Virus record (IMG/VR): IMGVR_UViG_3300027749_002876
Coordinates: 310,001-374,000 of that record
Strand: one strand, 5' to 3'
Length of the DNA stretch: 64,000 nucleotides
The first letter of the stretch is position 1. Each line of letters begins with the position of its first letter. The notes under the pieces were generated by a model. The model searched no databases. It was not told the origin of the DNA and saw nothing but the letters and a program-made list of their open reading frames with translations. This document shows positions 49,801-58,047 of this stretch, piece by piece. The translations under genes and the position numbers were made by a program.

Positions 49801-50736
49801 ATGGATTTTACAGGTGGATTAACATTTACAGGTGGATTGAGTGTAACTCCTCAACCTCCTCCCCCTTCAAGCAAGGCTATATTTGGTTATGGATACATTA
49901 CATCAATAACTAATCTAGTATCAAATACAGGTGTAGTTGCTACTGATACTGCAGGTGTTGGTACTGCCAGAGGTGAACTTGCTGCCGCAGGATATGGAAC
50001 AGATAAAGCTATTTTTGGATTTGGCTTTGCATATGCCTGGATAAATACGACCAACCGAGTAAGTAATACAGGTGTTGTTGCCACTGATGGACAATCTGCT
50101 GGTACTGGCAGAAATATACTTGCTGCCGCAGGATATGGAACAGATAAAGCTATTTTTGGATTTGGCTTTTATTATAATAGCGGTGAGGGGTCTATCACCA
50201 CTAACGTGACCAACCTAGTAAGTAATACAGGTGTGGTTGCTAATAATACCACAGGTGTTGGTAGTGCTAGAAACAGCCTTGCTGCCACAGGTTATGGAAC
50301 TGATAAAGCTATGTTTGGATATGGCGGTGGAGGTGGTCCAACTAACTTAGTATCAAATACGGGTGTTGTAGCTACTGATGTATCCAGAGTTGGTACTGAT
50401 AGAGCATTACTCGCAGCCGCAGTCTATGGCACTGATAAAGCTATCTTTGGATATGGTACCGGTACCGCTTTATTTTCAGTGACCAACAAAGTATCAAACA
50501 CGGGTGTAGTAGCTACTGATACCACTGGTGTGGGTACTGCTAGATACGGATTAGCAGCCGCTGGGTACGGTGTTGATACTGCTATATTTGGATATGGAAA
50601 TATCGACCGTTTAAACGAAACCCTACCGGTATCAATGACCAATCTAGTATCAAACACCGGTGTAGTTGCTACAGACACAACTGGTGTCGGTACTGCTAGA
50701 TTTAAATTAGCAGCCGCAAGTTACGGCTTAGCATAA
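49801..50736 (+). CDS. Six-bladed Kelch-like beta-propeller protein 3 (311 aa)
   Basis: Six copies of the repeat; leader identical to protein 2 up to the proline linker. Confidence 0.8.
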   Translation: MDFTGGLTFTGGLSVTPQPPPPSSKAIFGYGYITSITNLVSNTGVVATDTAGVGTARGELAAAGYGTDKAIFGFGFAYAWINTTNRVSNTGVVATDGQSAGTGRNILAAAGYGTDKAIFGFGFYYNSGEGSITTNVTNLVSNTGVVANNTTGVGSARNSLAATGYGTDKAMFGYGGGGGPTNLVSNTGVVATDVSRVGTDRALLAAAVYGTDKAIFGYGTGTALFSVTNKVSNTGVVATDTTGVGTARYGLAAAGYGVDTAIFGYGNIDRLNETLPVSMTNLVSNTGVVATDTTGVGTARFKLAAASYGLA

Positions 50737-50799
50737 ACAAACAAATCAAAGTATATACACAGCCTTTTTTTGATAAATAATAGCAAAGGATAATACATT

Positions 50800-51735
50800 A
50801 TGGAAATTACTGGTGGAATGACATTTAGTGGTGGTATGGTTGTGACACAGCAACCTCCTCCCCCTTCAAATAAAGCTATTTTTGGATATGGTCTTATTAC
50901 CGCGGCGGTAACAGCAATAACCAATCTAGTATCAAATACAGGCGTTGTTGCTACTGATACAACTGGTGTTGGAACTACTAGACAAAATCTAGCGGCCGCG
51001 GGCTATGGCACTAACAAAGCTATATTTGGTTATGGTCAACCTAGTGGGATGACAAATATAACCAATCTAGTATCAAATACAGGCGTTGTTGCTACTGATA
51101 CAGCAGGTGTAGGCACTGCAAGACGCTTTCTTGCAGCCGCAGGTTATGGAAGTGATAAAGCTATATTTGGATACGGAGGACCTGATGGTGGTTATTATTC
51201 ACTAACCAACCTAGTAACAAATACTGGTGTTGTTGGCAATGATGTCACAGGTGTAGGCACCGGTCGATATGGATTAACAGCCTCAGTGTATGGTACCGAT
51301 AAGGCCATATTTGGATATGGGTTTAATGGTTCAGCAATGACAACAACAACTAACCTAGTATCAAATACGGGTGTAGTGTCTACTGATACTGCAGGTGCCG
51401 GCACAGCCAGATATCAGCTAGCAGCCGCAGGGTATGGAACTGATAAAGCTATATTTGGCTATGGAACCACTGACCAGACGAATGGTTTATCAATTACTAA
51501 TCTAGTAAGTAACACAGGTGTAGTTGCTACTAATACAACAGGTGTTGGAACTGCTAGATGGGGTCTTGCAGCCGCAAGTTATGGTGTTGATACTGCTATA
51601 TTTGGATATGGAAATGGTCCATCTTTTGTATCAATGACCAATAAAGTATCAAACACCGGTGTAGTAGCAACGGATACGACAGGAGTTGGTACTGCTAGAA
51701 GCCAACTTGCAGCCTCAAGTTACGGTTACGCATAA
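50800..51735 (+). CDS. Six-bladed Kelch-like beta-propeller protein 4 (311 aa)
   Basis: Six copies of the repeat; MEITGGMTF leader like protein 1; own late promoter GATAAATA (50772-50779). Confidence 0.8.
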   Translation: MEITGGMTFSGGMVVTQQPPPPSNKAIFGYGLITAAVTAITNLVSNTGVVATDTTGVGTTRQNLAAAGYGTNKAIFGYGQPSGMTNITNLVSNTGVVATDTAGVGTARRFLAAAGYGSDKAIFGYGGPDGGYYSLTNLVTNTGVVGNDVTGVGTGRYGLTASVYGTDKAIFGYGFNGSAMTTTTNLVSNTGVVSTDTAGAGTARYQLAAAGYGTDKAIFGYGTTDQTNGLSITNLVSNTGVVATNTTGVGTARWGLAAASYGVDTAIFGYGNGPSFVSMTNKVSNTGVVATDTTGVGTARSQLAASSYGYA

Positions 51736-51753
51736 TCTCACAAACACAAAAAC

Positions 51754-51776
51754 AAAGGCTCTACAGAGCCTTTTTT
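51754..51776 (+). terminator. Rho-independent terminator closing the propeller array
   Basis: AAAGGCTCT-AC-AGAGCCTTTTTT. Confidence 0.8.
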
Positions 51777-51808
51777 CTTATCTAAAATTTATTAGACTAT
51801 ATAATACT

Positions 51809-52186
51809 ATGATGATACACGCTCCAATCTCAATCGGTGAACTAATAGATAAAATCACTATATTAAAAATCAAGTCTATCTTAATTGTAGATACAATCAA
51901 ACTTAAAAACATAGAACAAGAACTACAACTATTAGAAGAACTAAAAGATAGTCTTAATTTAGATATTGACACACTTGAAGAACTACAGTCTAAGCTTTAT
52001 GGTGTAAACTTAGAGTTATGGCACATTGAGAACTATAAACGAGAATGTGAAAAGAATCAAACTTTTGATGGTAAATTCATTGACTCGGCACGACAAGTAT
52101 ATCTTAAAAACGATTTACGTGCTGAAATCAAACATAGTATCAACACAATGTTTGGTAGCACTATCGTTGAAGAAAAAAGCTATTAA
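51809..52186 (+). CDS. Conserved phage hypothetical protein (DUF6165-like), ~125 aa
   Basis: PISIGELIDKITILKIK...NLELWHIE...RE.E...F...ARQVYLKND.RAEIK. Start at 51809 or 51812, after TATAAT (51800-51805). Confidence 0.65.
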   Translation: MMIHAPISIGELIDKITILKIKSILIVDTIKLKNIEQELQLLEELKDSLNLDIDTLEELQSKLYGVNLELWHIENYKRECEKNQTFDGKFIDSARQVYLKNDLRAEIKHSINTMFGSTIVEEKSY

Positions 52187-52548
52187 ATTGTTAAATCAGT
52201 ATCAATAGTTATATCTAAAATACTCTTACGCTTTTCTTTTAGTTTCTTTTGGTACACTCTATTACAATTGGCACACAATGTTTTAAGATTACGTTTATCT
52301 TTATTCTTCTTGTCACCGTCTTTATATACAATGTCTAATTGACATTTATCTTCTGGTATAAAACCACACTTCTCACACTTGTCTTTCTTCTGTAACAAGT
52401 AACCATACGTGCTGTTATATGCACCTTTAGCACAATCAACACAATACTTGTGCCACTTGGTAAAGCCATGTTTACTCACACCGTTAGGTTTTGCTAATGA
52501 TACTCTACAATGAGAACATAGGGGTCTGTTTGGCTGTCGTGTAAGCAT
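52183..52548 (-). CDS. Zn-finger protein with degenerate HNH-like domain, 121 aa
   Basis: CSHC, HKYCVDC, CEKC...QLDIVYKDG...NLKTLCANCNR; HNH-like scaffold lacking the catalytic His. Confidence 0.7.
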   Translation of the reverse strand: MLTRQPNRPLCSHCRVSLAKPNGVSKHGFTKWHKYCVDCAKGAYNSTYGYLLQKKDKCEKCGFIPEDKCQLDIVYKDGDKKNKDKRNLKTLCANCNRVYQKKLKEKRKSILDITIDTDLTI

Positions 52549-52644
52549 TATATATTTAATAAAAAAGCACTAATAGGATTTTTTTTAGTGGGAAGAAATT
52601 ATACCTAACTGATAAATATATAATAGACAATATTAGGATGAACA

Positions 52645-55600
52645 ATGGCATTTGAACCTTTCGGTTTAGTCGGTGGTGTAACAGTAGGAATACCACCAAT
52701 ATTGGTAATAGACAGTAACGGCAATGTAACTTCTAACCGTGGTAACATTGCGAACCTATCTACGGCAGTTATTACTTCATCAGGTAATATTACTGCCCCG
52801 TTCTTTATTGGTAATGTCGTTGGAAATGTATCTGGAAATTTCGTAGTTCCTGGCACAAATACCAGTGTTATCTTTAACCAAGAAGGTAATGCAGGGGCCA
52901 GTGATAATCTACAGTTTAACTATTCTACAAATGTATTAAGTTTAACGGGTAATCTAACTGTTACTAATATTTTAACAGATAATTATCTATACGCTAACGG
53001 TGCTCCGTACGTATTTGCGGCACAAGCGTCCGGAACTAATACACAGATACAATTCAATACAGCTGGATTACTAGATGCTAGCGCAAACTTAACATTTAAT
53101 AATAGTACTCAAACATTTGCTACGAATAATATTTCTGCTACTACAGCGGTAATTACTACGATTCAATCAGCCAATGTAACAGCTACCGGTAATGTAGTAG
53201 CCGCAAATGTTATTGCTAATTTTATTGGTAATTTATCTAATGCTAATAGTGTTTCAGCTAACTATTTTACTGGCGTACTAACAACAAATGCACAACCTAA
53301 CATTACCAGTGTTGGTACATTATCAGGATTAACACTAGCAGGGAACATTATTCCAGCCGCTGATAATCTATATAATTTGGGTAGCAATGTAGCTCGCTGG
53401 AACGATTTATACTTAAGTGGCAATACTATCTATTTAGGTAATGCTACGATAGAAGCAAATAGTACAGCTTTAATTTTCACTAATCCAAATGGTTCTAATT
53501 ATGTATTTGGTGGAAATGATTTCTCAATAACCGGAAATATATCAGCCGGCGGCAATTTAAGTATAGGGAACATATCTGCTGGTAACTTAGTATCAGCTAA
53601 TTTTCTAACAGGTAGACTAACTACTGAATCACAACCTAATATTACTACAGTTGGAGTATTGGGTAATTTATCAGTAGCTGGTAATATCAATACTGGTAAC
53701 ATCAGTGCTGTCACTAGAGTTACAGCAAATCAAATATCTGGACTATTAATTACAGGTTATCAACCAAATGTTACCAGTGTTGGTACATTAGCATCATTGA
53801 ATGTAACTGGTAATATAACCACTACCAGTGGTGTATTTATTGGTAATGGTAGTGGACTATCTCAAATAGTTGCAGCCAACATTGTTGGATCTGTACCAAA
53901 TGCCGCTTATGCTAGTAATGCAGGTTTTGCTACACAGGCTGCACAGTCCGATTTAGCAAGTGTAGCCAATATTGCTAGTGTAGCTAATACAGCAACAACT
54001 GCGGGAACTGTTACAACTAACGCACAACCTAACATTACAAGTGTTGGCACATTAACTACATTAAATGTTACAGGTAATGTCAATGCTAATAATTTTGTAG
54101 GTAATTTTGTAGGTAATATTACCAGTGCAAATTTTGCATATTATGCAGGCAACGTTACTGTAGCTTCTCAACCCAATATTACAAGTGTTGGTACATTAAC
54201 TTCATTAGCTGTAAATGGACCCATAACAGCCGCAAATATCACTGCTAACACAGGTAGATTTACTGGTAATGGTAGTGGACTATCTCAATTACAGGCCTCA
54301 AATATTGTTGGTACTGTTGCTAATGCAACATATGCGGTGACAGCCGGAACAACAACAACTGCCGGTACTGTTACTACAAATGCACAGTCTAATATTACTT
54401 CTGTTGGTACACTAACATCACTGGCGGTAACTGGAAACATTGCTGGTGGAAATATAGCTGGTGGAAATTTAGTTTCTGCTACATACTTTACTGGAACAAT
54501 TTTAACTAGCTCACAACCCAATATTACTAATGTTGGAACACTATCATTATTAAATGTAACTGGAAATGTAACAGCCGCAAATATTACTGCCAGTACTGGT
54601 AGATTTGCAGGTAATGGCAGTGGATTAACAAACTTATCTGGGGCAAATGTAGTTGGTACTGTTGCTAATGCAACATATGCATTAACAGCTGGGTTTACTA
54701 CAACAGCCGGAACAGTAACAGATAATGCACAACCCAATATCACTTCAGTTGGTACACTACTATCACTAGCTGTAAGTGGAAATATTACTGGTTTAAATGT
54801 AGCTGGTGGTAATTTAGTTTCTGCTAATTATGTAACCGGAACATTAACAACTCAGGCTCAACCAAATATTACGTCAGTTGGCACACTTTCATTATTAAAT
54901 GTAACTGGAAACGTAACATCAGCAAATATTACAGTTACTACTGGTAGATTTGCAGGTAATGGTAGTGGTTTATCTCAACTTTCTGGGGCAAATGTAGTTG
55001 GTGATGTAGCTAATGCAACATATGCAACAAATGCAGGTAGTTCAACTACTGCAGGCACAGTAACAACTAATGCACAACCTAACATTACAAGTGTTGGTAC
55101 ATTAACATCATTAGATGTAACTGGAAATATTACTGGTACAAATGTAACTGGTGCTAACTTAGTTTCTGCTAATTTCTTAACCGGTACATTAACAACAAAT
55201 TCTCAACCTAACATCACTTCAGTTGGAACATTAACTTCACTTGCTGTAAGTGGAACTATTACAGCCGCAAATATTACTGCTACTACTGGTAAATTCACAG
55301 GTAATGGTAGAGGATTATCACAATTAACAGGATCTAACGTTATTGGCACAGTGGCCAATGCGACATATGCACTTAATGCAGGTAATTCAATTACATCTAA
55401 TACTGTAATTGATAACGCACAACCCAATATTACGTCAGTTGGAACATTAACTTCATTGATAGTAAGTGGAAATATTACTGGAGCTAATATTACTGGTGGT
55501 AATTTAGTTTCTGCTAATTTCTTAACCGGTACATTAACAACAAGTGCTCAATCTAACATTACAAGTACAGGTACATTATCATTATTAAACGTAAGTGGTA

Positions 55601-58002
55601 ATATTACAGCTACAAACATTACTGCTAATACTGGTAGATTTGCGGGTAATGGTAGTGGACTAAGTCAATTAACAGGTGCTAACGTTTTAGGTACCGTGGC
55701 TAATGCAACATTTGCAGTATCAGCTGGATCATCAAATACGTCCGGTACTGTAACAACCAATACTCAACCTAACATTACAAGTGTTGGTACACTAACTACT
55801 TTAACAAGTTCAGGTAATATTACAGCACCGTATTTTATTGGTAATGTTGTTGGAAATATATCTGGGAATTTTGTAGTTCCCGGTACAAACACCAGTGTTA
55901 TCTTTAATCAAGAAGGCAATGCAGGCGCAAGTGATGCGCTTAGGTTTAACTATTCTAGCAATGTTTTAACAGCAAATGGTAATATTATTGCTACTTATTT
56001 TATTGGTAATGGTAGTGGATTATCACAACTAACTGGTTCTAATGTAGTTGGAACAGTAGCCAATGCAACGTTCTCGGTATCAGCAGGGTCATCAAATACA
56101 GCAGGTACTGTTACTACAAATGCACAGCCTAACATTACTTCAGTTGGAACATTAACATCATTAGTTGTAACTGGAAATATTACTGGTGCTAATGTAGCAG
56201 GTGGTAATTTAGTTTCTGCTAATTATGTTACTGGTACACTAACAACAAATTATCAACCTAACATTACAAGTGTTGGTACATTGACTGGTTTGTCAAGTTC
56301 AGGTAATATCACAGCTCCATACTTCTTTGGTAATTTAATAGGTAATATAGATGATGCTAATTATGCATACTATGCAGGAAATGTAGTTAATCCATTACAG
56401 CCAAATATTACAACAGTGGGCATATTAACTAGTTTAAGTGTATCTGGTAATATTATAGGTGGTAACTTAGTAAGTGCTAATTTCTTAACTGGTACACTTA
56501 CTACACAAACACAAGCTAATATACATACAGTTGGTAATTTAGAATTCTTAAATATTGACACAAGTTTACCAGGAGCCAATGGTAATATAACTTTTAATGG
56601 TAGTATGAGTGGTACTGGCCCGCAAAGTGATATTGATATTACCGGTGACCTTTATGTTAGTAACATCTATTCTACAATTGTAGCCGGAGTACTTAGTACA
56701 AATGAACAACCAAATGTAACATTAGTTGGTACATTAACAGAATTGACAGTACGAGGTCCTGTTGATTTAGGTAGTGTATCTAATTTAACAATTACAGGTG
56801 GTAATGCAAATTATGTATTGTCTACTAATGGTTCAGGTAATTTATCTTGGCAACCAGCAGGTGGTGGATCAGCCGGCGGAACTAACACTCAAGTGCAGTT
56901 TAATAATCTAGGTTTATTAGATGGTAATTCATCATTTACATTTAATAATACAACTAAGACACTAACTGTATTAGGAAATATTACATCAAATAGTACAATT
57001 CAAAGTAGTAGATTTATATCAAATGTAGCAAATGGAACTAGTCCTTTTGTAGTTACATCTACTACAAAAGTAGCAAATTTAAGTGTAGAAACTGCAAATA
57101 CTGCAACATTTGCAACCAGTTCAACAAATTCAAATGTTGCATTAACTGTAGCAAATGCATCACAACCTAACATTACTTCAGTTGGTACATTAACTGCACT
57201 AAATGTTAATGGTACAGGAAGTATTACAGGTAATATACGAGTAGGTAATTTAGATACAAATGGTACAATAGTATCAACTAATTCAACTGTTGTTGGAAAT
57301 GCAAATGTTAATGGTACTTTACAAGTAGGTAGTGTTGGACAATTAAGAGTGTTAGGTACTGTTAACACTGATGGATCTTCTAATGTGAATTTGGGCAATG
57401 TTTCAAATCTTCATATTAGCGGTGGAATAAACGGATACGTATTAAGCACTGACGGTGCAGGTAACTTAAGTTGGGCAACTGGTGGCGGTGGCGGTGGCAA
57501 CGGAGTACCTGGTGGGTCAAACACACAAGTACAGTATAATGACGGTGGTGTATTTGGCGGTAGTTCTTTCTTAACATTTAATGAAGTAACAAATACTTTA
57601 CAAGTAGCTGGTAATTTAGTAGCAAATAGCACTCAAGTTGGTGCCGGGATTTACAAATTTTCAACACAATATGTTTATTTTGCAACAACTACATCTACTG
57701 CATCCAGTCAAGTTTTATGGACTACTTTGGCATCAAATGTTTCAGGAGTAGACTTTCATATTATAGCAACAGATGTCACGGGTGCAACAAGACAGTCAGT
57801 TAAAATATCATCATTGTTATATGGAAATATTGTTGCTTTCAATGAATATGGTGGGTTACAAATAAATGGGGGAACTGGATCATTCTCAGTTGACTATAAT
57901 GCAGGTAATATTATTGTTCAACCAAGTGTACGATTGTTAGTTACTCCTGACTCGTCAAATTCAACAACTTACAAAATGACAATTACGGAGTATGCCCCAT
58001 GA
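52645..58002 (+). CDS. Long tail fibre-like protein with about 20 QPNITSVG repeats, 1785 aa
   Basis: G/N/T/A/S/V-rich repeats, NTQVQFN-type modules, globular C-terminal domain; late promoter 52611-52618. Confidence 0.85.
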   Translation: MAFEPFGLVGGVTVGIPPILVIDSNGNVTSNRGNIANLSTAVITSSGNITAPFFIGNVVGNVSGNFVVPGTNTSVIFNQEGNAGASDNLQFNYSTNVLSLTGNLTVTNILTDNYLYANGAPYVFAAQASGTNTQIQFNTAGLLDASANLTFNNSTQTFATNNISATTAVITTIQSANVTATGNVVAANVIANFIGNLSNANSVSANYFTGVLTTNAQPNITSVGTLSGLTLAGNIIPAADNLYNLGSNVARWNDLYLSGNTIYLGNATIEANSTALIFTNPNGSNYVFGGNDFSITGNISAGGNLSIGNISAGNLVSANFLTGRLTTESQPNITTVGVLGNLSVAGNINTGNISAVTRVTANQISGLLITGYQPNVTSVGTLASLNVTGNITTTSGVFIGNGSGLSQIVAANIVGSVPNAAYASNAGFATQAAQSDLASVANIASVANTATTAGTVTTNAQPNITSVGTLTTLNVTGNVNANNFVGNFVGNITSANFAYYAGNVTVASQPNITSVGTLTSLAVNGPITAANITANTGRFTGNGSGLSQLQASNIVGTVANATYAVTAGTTTTAGTVTTNAQSNITSVGTLTSLAVTGNIAGGNIAGGNLVSATYFTGTILTSSQPNITNVGTLSLLNVTGNVTAANITASTGRFAGNGSGLTNLSGANVVGTVANATYALTAGFTTTAGTVTDNAQPNITSVGTLLSLAVSGNITGLNVAGGNLVSANYVTGTLTTQAQPNITSVGTLSLLNVTGNVTSANITVTTGRFAGNGSGLSQLSGANVVGDVANATYATNAGSSTTAGTVTTNAQPNITSVGTLTSLDVTGNITGTNVTGANLVSANFLTGTLTTNSQPNITSVGTLTSLAVSGTITAANITATTGKFTGNGRGLSQLTGSNVIGTVANATYALNAGNSITSNTVIDNAQPNITSVGTLTSLIVSGNITGANITGGNLVSANFLTGTLTTSAQSNITSTGTLSLLNVSGNITATNITANTGRFAGNGSGLSQLTGANVLGTVANATFAVSAGSSNTSGTVTTNTQPNITSVGTLTTLTSSGNITAPYFIGNVVGNISGNFVVPGTNTSVIFNQEGNAGASDALRFNYSSNVLTANGNIIATYFIGNGSGLSQLTGSNVVGTVANATFSVSAGSSNTAGTVTTNAQPNITSVGTLTSLVVTGNITGANVAGGNLVSANYVTGTLTTNYQPNITSVGTLTGLSSSGNITAPYFFGNLIGNIDDANYAYYAGNVVNPLQPNITTVGILTSLSVSGNIIGGNLVSANFLTGTLTTQTQANIHTVGNLEFLNIDTSLPGANGNITFNGSMSGTGPQSDIDITGDLYVSNIYSTIVAGVLSTNEQPNVTLVGTLTELTVRGPVDLGSVSNLTITGGNANYVLSTNGSGNLSWQPAGGGSAGGTNTQVQFNNLGLLDGNSSFTFNNTTKTLTVLGNITSNSTIQSSRFISNVANGTSPFVVTSTTKVANLSVETANTATFATSSTNSNVALTVANASQPNITSVGTLTALNVNGTGSITGNIRVGNLDTNGTIVSTNSTVVGNANVNGTLQVGSVGQLRVLGTVNTDGSSNVNLGNVSNLHISGGINGYVLSTDGAGNLSWATGGGGGGNGVPGGSNTQVQYNDGGVFGGSSFLTFNEVTNTLQVAGNLVANSTQVGAGIYKFSTQYVYFATTTSTASSQVLWTTLASNVSGVDFHIIATDVTGATRQSVKISSLLYGNIVAFNEYGGLQINGGTGSFSVDYNAGNIIVQPSVRLLVTPDSSNSTTYKMTITEYAP

Positions 58003-58047
58003 TGTATTATAAAATTCAGATAAATATGATTAATAAAGGAAAAGATT

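Larger units (their letters stand above)
667..58026. promoter_or_regulatory. Dispersed family of about 18 T4-late-type promoters, consensus (G/C/A)(A/C)TAA(A/G)TA
   Basis: Minus strand: 667-674, 1456-1463, 19159-19166, 22551-22558, 23048-23055, 31093-31100, 37456-37463. Plus strand: 31102-31109, 35259-35266, 37440-37447, 40648-40655, 42467-42474, 42779-42786, 46763-46770, 47761-47768, 47842-47849, 50772-50779, 52611-52618, 58019-58026. Nearly all are intergenic and oriented toward the downstream gene. Confidence 0.8.

Noticed and set aside
47869-51735. Diversity-generating retroelement acting on the propeller genes
   Set aside because: No reverse transcriptase or template/variable repeat pair differing only at adenines is visible in the window. 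The variation includes length changes and changes at all four bases.
47869-51735. CRISPR-like array (conserved repeat alternating with unique spacers)
   Set aside because: The repeats are in-frame coding units with synonymous variation, not identical palindromic DNA repeats, and no cas genes are present.
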